Made by a program: the position numbers and the translations under genes
Source: a virus
Reading direction: 5' to 3' (one strand)
DNA length: 64,000 nucleotides
IMG/VR virus record: IMGVR_UViG_3300032018_000004
Span: 16,975 to 80,974 of that record
The notes under the pieces: model-generated
The model's database searches: none
Told to the model about the DNA's origin: nothing
What the model saw: the letters and a program-made list of their open reading frames with translations, nothing else
Shown here: positions 9,800 through 19,355 of the stretch, piece after piece
How the letters are laid out: the number at the start of each line of letters is the position of its first letter
Numbering within the stretch: the first letter of the stretch is position 1

Positions 9800-10107
9800 T
9801 AACTTCTTCTACATAGAAAATTCATCAAACGTCTTGAGATAGATATGATATTATCAAAATATCTCCAATCCCCTTTTAATTCTGGGACCACTAAATTTTC
9901 ATCTTCTTTAATTTCTACTAATTTAAATTTCTTAAATAGTTTTACCAATTCTCCATCTTTAATTTCTGGAGTGTCTGGATAGTATTCACATGAAATAGTC
10001 AACAAGCTATCAACTTCGCATTCCATATTGAATTTCTTACAACGCTTTGGTAACCCAAGAATTTTAATTAAATCAGTTACTTCTTTGCTATGCCCATTAA
10101 AAGCCAT
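9799..10107 (-). CDS. hypothetical protein
   Basis: Coupled ORF within the operon. Confidence 0.55.
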   Translation of the reverse strand: MAFNGHSKEVTDLIKILGLPKRCKKFNMECEVDSLLTISCEYYPDTPEIKDGELVKLFKKFKLVEIKEDENLVVPELKGDWRYFDNIISISRRLMNFLCRRS

Positions 10108-10108
10108 T

Positions 10109-10885
10109 TCAGTTCTCCCTCACCATTCTCATTTTCTCCAAAGTGGTTGTTTCCATGTCGAATCTTCCTGGCTTAAATGAATCAAGAAGCACTAACCCCT
10201 TCCAGTATTCAATTATCCGACCATGAATATAATCCTCTTCATCCTCAAAGAAACAACCAACAACCAGCACCTGTTGAAGATCATCCTGACCGTGACGCTT
10301 AAAATTTTCTTCTGCTTTACAATGCGTATGCGCGAATACAACACTACCAAACATTACTTGACTAACTTTCTTTGTTATATTAACACCAGAGATTTCTTTT
10401 GCCTTATTGAAAGGAATGTGGGTGAAGGCAATATCATTTATGTAGTAGTATTCACGATATGGAATAAATTTAATTCCACGCTCTCTCAATTTTAAGTCCT
10501 GATCTACGCTAACCAAACCCTCAAATGTTGGATCGCTCTCAAGGTATCTGTCGAGGCGATTCTCGTGATTTCCATTCAAATAAATAATTTCTGGCCGATA
10601 AATTTTTTCTTTATTTTTCCTTTGTCTATCTTGCAACTCATTCAATGGGTAAAAAATAATATCAAGTGCTTTATTTCCAGTATCGATTTCTTTCTTGTAC
10701 CTTTTCCCTTCCATTTTCATACGCTTATCTCTATCCCAACCAGACAAGCACTGAAAAGTTAAAAAATCCCCCATAAAAACAATATAATCCGGCTTTTTTT
10801 CGATGATATATTGACCTAGATATAAAAACCTATCCAAATCATCATCCGCTGAAACGTGACAGTCGCCTATCGGCAAAATTAACAA
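10109..10885 (-). CDS. calcineurin-like metallophosphoesterase
   Basis: GDCH, MGDF, GNHE, FTH, AHTH motifs. Confidence 0.9.
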   Translation of the reverse strand: MLILPIGDCHVSADDDLDRFLYLGQYIIEKKPDYIVFMGDFLTFQCLSGWDRDKRMKMEGKRYKKEIDTGNKALDIIFYPLNELQDRQRKNKEKIYRPEIIYLNGNHENRLDRYLESDPTFEGLVSVDQDLKLRERGIKFIPYREYYYINDIAFTHIPFNKAKEISGVNITKKVSQVMFGSVVFAHTHCKAEENFKRHGQDDLQQVLVVGCFFEDEEDYIHGRIIEYWKGLVLLDSFKPGRFDMETTTLEKMRMVREN

Positions 10886-11337
10886 GTCTTTCTCTCCCTA
10901 TTAAGATTTAAATTGCTGAATCCAACCAATTGCTCTCTTGCAATTCTACTCGCATCATTCTTCCTGTAATTATTCCAAGCAACCCACCCTCCAATTCTTA
11001 AAGCCCTATAAATTACAGCTCTCTGCCATTTAGATACACCAAGGACATCCATTGCTTCTAACAGTAATTGGTCACTTGCTTTCTGCGACCCCAAAAGATT
11101 CGTTTTATAGAGATGATCATGTAGTACAGCGGCCTTGCCATATTGCCCCCAAGGAGAGAGGATGTTTTGGACTATTCCTGGTATGCTTGCGCCATCAGTG
11201 ATGAACCCAATCGGCACCTCTATAATCTGTTTAGAGAGCATTCCCCCGACACGGTAGCGGAAATGCTCTCTAAGATAGAAGGTTTCAGATTCTCCGTCAA
11301 CTGGGGTGAGGAGGAGTTGGGTTGTAAAACTAGACAT
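10879..11337 (-). CDS. DUF1353-family protein
   Basis: VPIGFITDGASIP...AAVLHDHLY motif. Confidence 0.85.
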   Translation of the reverse strand: MSSFTTQLLLTPVDGESETFYLREHFRYRVGGMLSKQIIEVPIGFITDGASIPGIVQNILSPWGQYGKAAVLHDHLYKTNLLGSQKASDQLLLEAMDVLGVSKWQRAVIYRALRIGGWVAWNNYRKNDASRIAREQLVGFSNLNLNRERKTC

Positions 11338-11340
11338 TAA

Positions 11341-12333
11341 TTAACATCCTTTATGATCATGGCAGTCTTCGCATGTTATCAGTTGATGTGACATGTTATC
11401 TGCCTCGCTTATGTATTTAGATACCATCATATTGTGATGGATAATTAATTCAGATTGCTGTTTCTCTTTTCCGCATTTATCGCAGAAATTATACCCGAAT
11501 TCGTCTGTCTGCAATTCAAGCAGTGCCTGACGATTTACGGGTTGGTTGCAACGAGCTTGTTTTGCTACGTTCCTTAAAGATTTAGGGGTGTTCACTGTTC
11601 CAAATATATCGCACTCCTGCTTGCACTTTTCAGAACAATAGAGTCTATTTTCTCCTCTTAAAACACCACTTAATGCACCTATTCTCCATCTAATTTCCGC
11701 ATTCGTTACGGGAAAATATTCCTTACAATGAGTGCACCTACACCATAATTCGTTATCCCCTACTAATATTGGCTCTTCTTCAATGGTTAATCTTACTGCA
11801 TATGTAGAATAATTTGCAATTTTATTTCTATGGTTTCTGTCTCTTTCTATTATAATTTCCCTATTCTTCTTCCGGTATTCCTTGGTCTTTACTTCTATTA
11901 TTTTTTTATTGTTATTATAATATTTGTTTGATTTATCTATAATTGCTTCAGAATTTCTTTGATAATACTCTTTTCTCCGCGCTACAAATTCTTTATCGTG
12001 TTTATTAATTAAATATTTTTTATTTAGTTTCTTTTTTATTATTTCCCTATTTTTAACCCGATATTTATTAAAACATTCTTTGCAAATATAGCAAAGCCCA
12101 TCTTTACTTCTATTGTCTTTATAAAATCTATTTATATTTTCAACTACATTGCAGCGACTGCATCTCTTCAATCCATCTGGTAAAATTTCTTTTGGTGGAT
12201 GCTTTCTTATTCTGGCATTACGGCACTGTTTACATTCATTTCTCCTTCCATCTTTTGAATCTTTCCTTTTATAAAATTCATTTAACCATTTTTCAATTTT
12301 ACACTTTCTACAAACTTTTACTTTCGTTTTCAT
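11341..12333 (-). CDS. HNH-like homing endonuclease
   Basis: Two KxCxxC...F...DG...CKxC zinc modules; C-terminal CDKCG...IHHN...CEDCH. Confidence 0.75.
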   Translation of the reverse strand: MKTKVKVCRKCKIEKWLNEFYKRKDSKDGRRNECKQCRNARIRKHPPKEILPDGLKRCSRCNVVENINRFYKDNRSKDGLCYICKECFNKYRVKNREIIKKKLNKKYLINKHDKEFVARRKEYYQRNSEAIIDKSNKYYNNNKKIIEVKTKEYRKKNREIIIERDRNHRNKIANYSTYAVRLTIEEEPILVGDNELWCRCTHCKEYFPVTNAEIRWRIGALSGVLRGENRLYCSEKCKQECDIFGTVNTPKSLRNVAKQARCNQPVNRQALLELQTDEFGYNFCDKCGKEKQQSELIIHHNMMVSKYISEADNMSHQLITCEDCHDHKGC

Positions 12334-12350
12334 TATATACCTCTGTAGTA

Positions 12351-12416
12351 TATTCTGATTAATTAAATGGTGGAAATTGGTTCAGAATACCAACTTGTCG
12401 GACGCCTCCTATCCAC
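12351..12416 (-). ncRNA. structured RNA motif, copy 2, in the HNH gene leader
   Basis: GTGGATAGG-AGGCGT-CCGACAAGTTGGT-ATTCTGA-ACCAATTTCCAC; the loop is complementary to downstream TCAGAATA. Confidence 0.55.
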
Positions 12417-12437
12417 GCATTGCTCTAATTATAATCA

Positions 12438-13826
12438 TTATTTGTATTTTGTCAATAATTCCTTCATTTTTTCTGGGGAATGAATATTATTACCGCCAAT
12501 TGAGCCTTTAGTCACCCTGCTTAAAATTTCATCAATTACCGTTGTATTCAACTGGAGTAGAGGTTCATCAAAACGAGAATCAAACGGAATTTTCCCATCT
12601 TCTTTTCTAATTTCATTTATAGTTTCAAGACCATTTTGAACATATTTTACTTGTTTATTTAATTTAAACTCATCATCTTCTGGAACGCAATTATCAAACT
12701 TTACGAACAGGCGATCAGAGTACCTTGGAATTAATTTTTCATTCAACTTCTCTTGAAATCGTTGGAGCCTTGGCTGAATTGTAGAACTCAAGTAGAGCCA
12801 AGTAGCTCCTTGAAGGTTAGCTCTATTGCTATCTTTTGAGTACATAGACAAACTTATTCCATAACTATTCAAAATTTGCTCTTTTACGAACTCTCTTCCT
12901 CCAAGGTGGGCCATTTCCTTTGGGGACACAGACAAAGCCTTATATTTAAGTCCATGATCAAGCAACGGCTGTTTCCCGGCGTTTCTTGGTCCACTAAAAG
13001 CCTGTTGTATCTCGGTTTTCAACCGCTCGAACTCATGATCCCCAAGCTCTTGGTCTGTTTCAAATAACCCAGAGAGACTATTCCCGCCATTTCTAAACAT
13101 TGCTTCTTCATATTCATTAATTGACCTATCAAGTCCATATATATCAGACACAGAAGAAAATGGAGAATATCCATAATATTGACTTTTGGGATTCGCCATT
13201 TTAAAATGAATAACTTCTGATTCTTCTAATAAGACTTCATTTTGGCCTTTAATATATTTATAGCCAGAAATAAATTTTTGAGCATCAGGAATAATTTTGC
13301 AAAATTGAGGGGGGATTGTCCAAATTTCTTTAGGTGTCCCAAATTTATCTGAAAGAATATTCCAGTAGCAATTGCCTGTAAGTTCCTGCCAAAGTTGAGT
13401 CATTTCAAATAAATCGAATGTGTTCATGAACGGATTCACATTACGCATTAAAGTATGGTAAGGATGTTCTAGCACCTCTTCAAATTCTACTGCCTTCCTC
13501 ACAGCAGGAATATTGGACAAGAAGGCATTTTCCCTTATCCCAATCTCCTGAGCCTTACTTACTGCTCTAGTAGGATAACCTTTTAAACTTCCTTTATTGT
13601 TCTTTGCAACGTAGAGACGCAGGGGAACATTAGCCACCGTAGTCGCATTTTTTGAACTCGCTACATACACCCAACTTCTATAAGCATTTATCATGCTATA
13701 GAAGTCATCATCGCTATACAACCCCCTGCCGTATTGCCAACTATTCAATTGCGGCAATGGTGATTTTCTGACAGGATAGTTTCCCGCCTTCCTCGCCTTT
13801 ATCTCAAAATCAAACGGTGATCCCAT
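12438..13826 (-). CDS. HK97-family portal protein
   Basis: LTGNCYW, EVIHFK...YGYSP, FSGPRNAGK, TINEIRK. Confidence 0.93.
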   Translation of the reverse strand: MGSPFDFEIKARKAGNYPVRKSPLPQLNSWQYGRGLYSDDDFYSMINAYRSWVYVASSKNATTVANVPLRLYVAKNNKGSLKGYPTRAVSKAQEIGIRENAFLSNIPAVRKAVEFEEVLEHPYHTLMRNVNPFMNTFDLFEMTQLWQELTGNCYWNILSDKFGTPKEIWTIPPQFCKIIPDAQKFISGYKYIKGQNEVLLEESEVIHFKMANPKSQYYGYSPFSSVSDIYGLDRSINEYEEAMFRNGGNSLSGLFETDQELGDHEFERLKTEIQQAFSGPRNAGKQPLLDHGLKYKALSVSPKEMAHLGGREFVKEQILNSYGISLSMYSKDSNRANLQGATWLYLSSTIQPRLQRFQEKLNEKLIPRYSDRLFVKFDNCVPEDDEFKLNKQVKYVQNGLETINEIRKEDGKIPFDSRFDEPLLQLNTTVIDEILSRVTKGSIGGNNIHSPEKMKELLTKYK

Positions 13827-13831
13827 ATATT

Positions 13832-14164
13832 TTAAACCTCAAGAGCTTGATTTACTTTTACACGATTTCTCAAAAAATCTTCGTGAAATGATTTGTTCAA
13901 AAATTCTTTCTTTTCAATATCAAAATATTCGCAATGAATATAGAGTTTGCATTCGTTGAGTGTTGCTACTTTATTTATAAAATTTTCACTTGAAGAGTAG
14001 TCAAGGACATAAAATTCAATCCCATTATATTCAACCATCATCCCTCTTGGAAATGAGTATTGCAATGTCTCTTCATAGAATTTGAATTCCACTTTTCTTT
14101 CTTGAATTGGAAATAGGAGTGATCTTAAAATAAAGAAGATGTGTTTTAGAGATTGGAGATTCAT
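13832..14164 (-). CDS. hypothetical protein
   Basis: ORF with AAGGA RBS between the tRNA and portal. Confidence 0.55.
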   Translation of the reverse strand: MNLQSLKHIFFILRSLLFPIQERKVEFKFYEETLQYSFPRGMMVEYNGIEFYVLDYSSSENFINKVATLNECKLYIHCEYFDIEKKEFLNKSFHEDFLRNRVKVNQALEV

Positions 14165-14181
14165 TTTGTCCTTTAAAAAGT

Positions 14182-14257
14182 TGGAGCTGGCAGCAGGAAT
14201 CGAACCCGCGACAATCTACTTACAAGGCAGAGGCTCTACCGACTGAGCTATACCAGC
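14182..14257 (-). tRNA. tRNA-Thr(UGU)
   Basis: GCTGGTA TAGCTCAGTCGGTAGAGC C TCTGC CTTGTAA GTAGA TTGTC GCGGGTTCGATTCCTGC TGCCAGC T CCA: full cloverleaf, anticodon TGT, encoded CCA. Confidence 0.95.
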
Positions 14258-14260
14258 CAT

Positions 14261-15997
14261 TTATATTAGCCTTACCCTTGGTGTCGCTTGCTCATAGAAA
14301 CACATTCTTAAAGCAGCAAATTTATCGTCACTATTCCCATTTATTTTCTTCTTTACTGTCTTTTTATCGCTTACTTTAATTTTTCCAGAATTTTGATCTT
14401 CTCCATAGTCATATGCCATCATCTGCTCTTTCAATTCTGGATCATCTGGAATCATTGCGGAAGGCTCTTTCTTTAACCATTCGGCAACTTTCCACGCAAG
14501 CTCGTCGCGAATCAGACCAAATCTGCCTATATCACACTTCTTATCGCTTGGAGCAGAAACATAAATCTTTTTTACATTAAAGTGTTGACGAATCATTTCT
14601 TTATGACAAATTGGGCATTTAAAGAAATCTTCGTCTGTATATGTTTTATCAACACCTTCGCATTCAGAGTTACAGCATTTCCAGTAAAACATTCTGGAAA
14701 TTTTTGGAGGGATAGCAGCGCCAATTCCGTCGCTTTCTACATTGATCTGTTGACCGTCTAATTCAGCAGATATCTTTGCTATTTTGTCGGCAGATAAATC
14801 AACATCAATCCCACGCCACATGTCGAAGCCAGCGACATAGTTGCCATACTTCTTAGCTACACAACTATTGTCAGTTCCTTCATCTGCTATATCACAACCA
14901 AGAATTGGCTTGATTCCCTTAATTGCATCTTTCCCGTATTGAGCGGTATATAATTTCCATCTTGTTACCGCATTATCAATATCGGTTTCGGAGAATAGAG
15001 AATTTGCAGTGCTGGTGGGATACAGGCCCAACACTTTATACGAAAATGCAGAATTAATTATCCTGCGCCATCCACCTTCAAGCGGTGGATACTCTTTGCC
15101 AGATGGAGATATGGCAATACAACCAACTAAAAATTCCGGTACTTCAAAACAAGATGAATCTGGCTCTTCATCTTCCTTTAGAGGAATTGTCCAATCGTAA
15201 ATACGCTCTACTGTTTTATCTCTCGAAACAGCCCCAGGAATTACATTTTCTCCGGTCATGACATTCGGATGAGCGAACGCGCTCAGGATTATTACATTTG
15301 CCCTTTGGTTCTTTACTTGATCATATATCCATCCAGAGCGTCTTTTAGGGTTATAAAGATTTAACTGCCTACTCCCATCACCTGATAAACAACCATCTTC
15401 CCCTCTAAATACCTCATTCGGGATGGCATCGCATTCATCATTCACAAAAAGTAAAAATGGGGCGTGAGAACCTGAGAATTTAGACTCTCTCTCCTCTTCG
15501 CTGCCGGAAGTAGGAACAGTCTTACCAAGAATAAAATGTTTGTTACTTCCTTCTGATTCTTCACCTTCTTTGTAACTTACATCATCTGTTATTTTAAGAG
15601 TGAGAATTTTATCTGTCTTGAAAAGTTTTCTGTTGGCAAGAACCATATCATTGATTTCGCTAAACAGTTTGCTTTTCAAATTCTCCTCTGGTGGTGCAGC
15701 AGTAGCAATTACCTGTGACTGTGGGAAGCACTTGTACCACCATGCAGAAACAGCGGCAGCGATGTACGTCTTCCCAACTCCCGTGGCTGATTGGCAAACA
15801 GTTACTTTGTTGTCCCTGACCGACTCTGCAATGATGACAAGATCAGGAGGGATATTTGCAATCCCTAATTCCTCTCTAAAGAATCCAACGGGATCGCTCT
15901 GGTATTGTGTTAGATCATTTCCAAGAGAGTTTTTAATCTCATCTTCGCCAAATGCCTTAATCAAGCTATCTAAGGCGGCATCGTCAAATTCAGTCAT
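14261..15997 (-). CDS. terL: terminase large subunit
   Basis: Walker A SATGVGKT, Walker B FVNDEC, LYNP, nuclease GCDIADEGTD and SDDKFAA. Confidence 0.92.
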   Translation of the reverse strand: MTEFDDAALDSLIKAFGEDEIKNSLGNDLTQYQSDPVGFFREELGIANIPPDLVIIAESVRDNKVTVCQSATGVGKTYIAAAVSAWWYKCFPQSQVIATAAPPEENLKSKLFSEINDMVLANRKLFKTDKILTLKITDDVSYKEGEESEGSNKHFILGKTVPTSGSEEERESKFSGSHAPFLLFVNDECDAIPNEVFRGEDGCLSGDGSRQLNLYNPKRRSGWIYDQVKNQRANVIILSAFAHPNVMTGENVIPGAVSRDKTVERIYDWTIPLKEDEEPDSSCFEVPEFLVGCIAISPSGKEYPPLEGGWRRIINSAFSYKVLGLYPTSTANSLFSETDIDNAVTRWKLYTAQYGKDAIKGIKPILGCDIADEGTDNSCVAKKYGNYVAGFDMWRGIDVDLSADKIAKISAELDGQQINVESDGIGAAIPPKISRMFYWKCCNSECEGVDKTYTDEDFFKCPICHKEMIRQHFNVKKIYVSAPSDKKCDIGRFGLIRDELAWKVAEWLKKEPSAMIPDDPELKEQMMAYDYGEDQNSGKIKVSDKKTVKKKINGNSDDKFAALRMCFYEQATPRVRLI

Positions 15998-16003
15998 AAA
16001 ATC

Positions 16004-16213
16004 CTATAGTCTGTTCGCAACTAAATATGCGCCGCGCTTAATTACCTTAACACAATCACTGGCTTTCTGAATTGTTCTATGACCACCAACACAATCGCAC
16101 AATGGGATAACATCTTCCTCTGTTACAAAGAAAGCCCTAAAATAATTCATCGAGAAATTATCACCGAAATGAAAACATCGGATTAGAAAATCTATCCCAA
16201 GATCAGAGTACAT
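16004..16213 (-). CDS. hypothetical protein
   Basis: Coupled small ORF between terS and terL. Confidence 0.45.
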   Translation of the reverse strand: MYSDLGIDFLIRCFHFGDNFSMNYFRAFFVTEEDVIPLCDCVGGHRTIQKASDCVKVIKRGAYLVANRL

Positions 16214-16401
16214 TATTTATTCTCTTTAATTTCTGAAGAATCATCACGAAGAAAAGTAGGAATTACATTCTCCATCTTAGCAAAATGCAAGAAATTATTA
16301 TCCGTGGTATGAAATGTCATTATTCCCTTTTTCCACATCTCCCAATCTTGTTCAACTTCAAGATATAGAATCCTATCAGTTCCTTTTTCAAAAAATCTCA
16401 T
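16213..16401 (-). CDS. hypothetical protein
   Basis: ATGA overlap with terS. Confidence 0.5.
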   Translation of the reverse strand: MRFFEKGTDRILYLEVEQDWEMWKKGIMTFHTTDNNFLHFAKMENVIPTFLRDDSSEIKENK

Positions 16402-17096
16402 TTATTTCCACCTATGCGCCTAGCTAACGAGACCCGAATGTTGTCTTGTGTTTCTTGGGGGAGCATTGCAAGAAACTGCTTAAAATCGACTGGCAATGTT
16501 CTCTCTGCATCTTTATCAAATAACCCTAAATTCTTGGAAAGAGCATCAAGGCCATAATTCTTCTGGAGCAATCGATAACTTTTTGGATTCCCCTTTCGGT
16601 CATATACAATATCTTGGATTGCTGCTGCTTGTTCGCGTGTCAATTTCTGTATTGGCTTTAGAACACCTTCTTCATCATAATAATCTTGGAGATTGCTATA
16701 GGCAACCGAAGCATATTCAGTTAAGACACGCTCTTGAGTGATTTGAAGCTTCTTGGTGATCTTCTTCTGCCTATTCTCAATTTCCCGTTTCACACGCGGG
16801 ATTGTGAGAAGCCTTCGTCCAAACACAGCGGCGTTCCAAATAGGCCATCCAGCCTCTTGCGCTGCCTTTTCCTCGTTGTAGTGAATCACATATTCATTAC
16901 AGAATCGCTCAACCTTGAAGGGGAGTTCATCCTTGTCTGTGATGCCATCTAATTCTTTGACTGCTGCAATATATTCTTCAGGTTCGTATGGTTGAGTTTG
17001 AATTATCTCTAATTCAGTGTCAATATATTCTTGTTTTACAGCAGTTTTTTCTTTTTTAGAGACTCTTTTTGGTTTTTCAATCATTAAATTCTTCAA
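16398..17096 (-). CDS. terS: terminase small subunit
   Basis: RFCNEY...AAQEAG...RLLTIPRV...ITQERVLTEYASVAYSN...LSKNLGLF. Confidence 0.88.
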   Translation of the reverse strand: MKNLMIEKPKRVSKKEKTAVKQEYIDTELEIIQTQPYEPEEYIAAVKELDGITDKDELPFKVERFCNEYVIHYNEEKAAQEAGWPIWNAAVFGRRLLTIPRVKREIENRQKKITKKLQITQERVLTEYASVAYSNLQDYYDEEGVLKPIQKLTREQAAAIQDIVYDRKGNPKSYRLLQKNYGLDALSKNLGLFDKDAERTLPVDFKQFLAMLPQETQDNIRVSLARRIGGNK

Positions 17097-17300
17097 TTAT
17101 CTCTTTTAAAACGTCGATAAATCCCTCAAATTCTTCCTTTCTAATCATAGCAATCGCTTCTGATTCAGGAAAAAACTCAATAAATTCTTCCATTTTTACG
17201 ATTTCTTCTTCGTAATTTTCGATTGTTTCTTCTATTTTTTCTAAAATTTCGTTCATCTTATTTAAGTTTTCACACTTCCTCCGTTAAATTTATATATATC

Positions 17301-17327
17301 TTATCGGCATTTTACTTAAAAAACTTT
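17301..17327 (-). promoter_or_regulatory. sigma28/FliA-type promoter upstream of the terminase/head operon
   Basis: Perfect TAAAGTTT-N11-GCCGATAA. Confidence 0.8.
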
Positions 17328-17360
17328 AATAATTTGTTGTATTTATGTTATATGAGCTTT

Positions 17361-17552
17361 TTACCAATGAATATGATCAAGACTTCCTTCATGGTAATCA
17401 GAGGTATAATCATATTCTACCATTTTTCTTCTATGACACTTAGGAATTCTTGAACCATTACTCGTTTTAGTTTTTCTGCACTGCTCGCAAATAAAAATAT
17501 TCCCGATTAAATGAGCGTCTGAACCATCGAACAATTGATCAAAACTTTTCAT
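17361..17552 (-). CDS. small zinc-ribbon protein
   Basis: CEQC...KCH; purine-rich RBS. Confidence 0.5.
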   Translation of the reverse strand: MKSFDQLFDGSDAHLIGNIFICEQCRKTKTSNGSRIPKCHRRKMVEYDYTSDYHEGSLDHIHW

Positions 17553-17723
17553 ATCTCTTCCTTCCCTCGTTCAAAATCTTTTAAAATCCTAAGAGAATCT
17601 TCTTCCTCAAACCTACTCTTTCTCGATTTTCCAAATCTGTCTCTAATTTTGATCTTTTTCTTTGATTTATTGCTATGATCTCTTTTCTCTCTTGCATCTT
17701 CCTCAAAATCTTCCTGAAACATC

Positions 17724-18068
17724 CTAATCTCCTGAAATATTATTCTCTTCTCCGATATTTACATTGCATTCCTTATTCCCATCCCAAATCATTGTCCCAT
17801 ATTCCCAATCACCTTGGTTTAGGTAGTGGCAAAATCCATTCTGCTCTTGAGGCTTCTTTAAGACTAAACTCCAGTACGGGCAATAGTGCGTTTCTTGGCT
17901 ATACGATGAAACTGAGTGGGTGAAATAGCATTTTGTCCCAAGTGGGATGTAGGTTGGGTTTGATTCGATAGAAGTTTTAATGTTTTTATCTCTTCCTGGG
18001 CATGTATTACAATCTGAGTGGTCATAGTATGGGTCATTTCTATTAAAGCATTGTCTTGTGCAGGACAT
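17724..18068 (-). CDS. Cys-rich hypothetical protein
   Basis: GGAGG RBS; TTGACA-N17-TATAGT promoter upstream. Confidence 0.6.
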   Translation of the reverse strand: MSCTRQCFNRNDPYYDHSDCNTCPGRDKNIKTSIESNPTYIPLGTKCYFTHSVSSYSQETHYCPYWSLVLKKPQEQNGFCHYLNQGDWEYGTMIWDGNKECNVNIGEENNISGD

Positions 18069-18158
18069 TTAAATCCTCCAGTTCAATTTCACATACTATA
18101 ATCACAATATATTCTTTTGTCAAGTCGTTTAAATATCTTTTCTAGCCTATACAATCAC

Positions 18159-18186
18159 TTATCGGAATATTTCATTAAAAACTTTA
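18159..18186 (-). promoter_or_regulatory. sigma28/FliA-type promoter (leftward member of a divergent pair)
   Basis: TAAAGTTT-N12-TCCGATAA. Confidence 0.65.
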
Positions 18187-18237
18187 ATTTATTTTGTTTC
18201 TTTAGTTGACTTTTCTAGCCTAGTGATTACTTTTCGT

Positions 18238-18264
18238 TTAAGTTTTCGGTAGAAATGCCGATAA
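18238..18264 (+). promoter_or_regulatory. sigma28/FliA-type promoter (rightward member of a divergent pair)
   Basis: TTAAGTTT-N11-GCCGATAA. Confidence 0.7.
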
Positions 18265-18279
18265 GGTGTAGAAATCCAT

Positions 18280-18596
18280 CATTCCTTGTACTTAATGGTG
18301 AACAGACGGTTCTTGATTTTAACTTACTGATCCGTACCACGCCGGAAGTGGTGAAAAAGTAATGCGAGGTTGCGCTTATCCGGCAAAAGAATCACACAGC
18401 CCTCAAGACGTAATATGGGACGGGGTTACGGAAGAGATAATCAGCAAATAGCTGGTGTTAAATCCAAAACAGGCTTACGTATACGATGCCGTGAAAGCGG
18501 TGAGTGCTTGGGACACTTTAAAAACTCGCCTGATAATTCGTGTGATTCTTTCTTAGCTTGTTGACTTCTATTCCTATCGGAAGGGATAACAAGGAG
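18280..18596 (+). ncRNA. candidate ~310-nt structured ncRNA
   Basis: Nested helices: CCTTGT/ACAAGG ends, 12-bp AAAGAATCACAC/GTGTGATTCTTT, GCCGGA/TCCGGC, CAGGC/GCCTG, GAAA tetraloop; GC-richer than its flanks. Confidence 0.5.
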
Positions 18597-18743
18597 TTCT
18601 TAATTAGTCGTTGTATAAATAATATAGGTTGTATAGTAAAAGAATATAAACTACTATCTACTTAATATTATATACATCGGTGCGTAAGTCCCGAAATAGG
18701 TTTAAAATTAGATAATAACAAATACTAAAAGAAAGAGAAGTAT

Positions 18744-19355
18744 ATGGCAAAGTGGAAAACTAAGGAAGATAGACAAAAATTTTATAACTCTATAGAATGG
18801 AAAGCTATCAAGGAGAATCTGTTTTCTGTAAGAGGACGGAAATGTGAAATTTGCGGGAAGACAGAATCAATCCAAGTTCACCACTTAACTTATGACAGGT
18901 TTGGCGGAAACGAAGAATTAACCGACCTAAAAATATTGTGTGGGTTTCATCACATGGAAGAGCATGGACTTATTTTCAATAACAATAGTCGCTGTGTTAG
19001 CCTTGGGTTAATGTACGTTGACATTGTTGACGATCTAGTTGCTGGATTGTTGTTGTCTCAAATTATTTATTGGCATCTACCAGGGAAAACCGGCCAAACA
19101 AAATTAAGAATCCTGAAAGAAGACAGGAAATGGCTTGCTAAAAGAAGACAAGATTGGTTTGATGAATGTAGAATAACTATTCGTCAATATGTCAGAGCAA
19201 TTAAAATCTTGGAAGATATGAATATTGTTGTGACAAAGATTTTTAAATTTAACGGAGAGCCAACCGTACACATTTCATTAAATCAAGATATATTTTTAGG
19301 GTTAGTAGAAAAGTATTTAAACAACCAACCAGTTGAGAATGACGATGGCGAATAA
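18744..19355 (+). CDS. HNH domain fused to a phage replication-initiator-like wHTH
   Basis: CEICG...VHHLTY...LCGFHH followed by AGLLLSQIIYW...W..ECRIT...AIKIL. Confidence 0.7.
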   Translation: MAKWKTKEDRQKFYNSIEWKAIKENLFSVRGRKCEICGKTESIQVHHLTYDRFGGNEELTDLKILCGFHHMEEHGLIFNNNSRCVSLGLMYVDIVDDLVAGLLLSQIIYWHLPGKTGQTKLRILKEDRKWLAKRRQDWFDECRITIRQYVRAIKILEDMNIVVTKIFKFNGEPTVHISLNQDIFLGLVEKYLNNQPVENDDGE

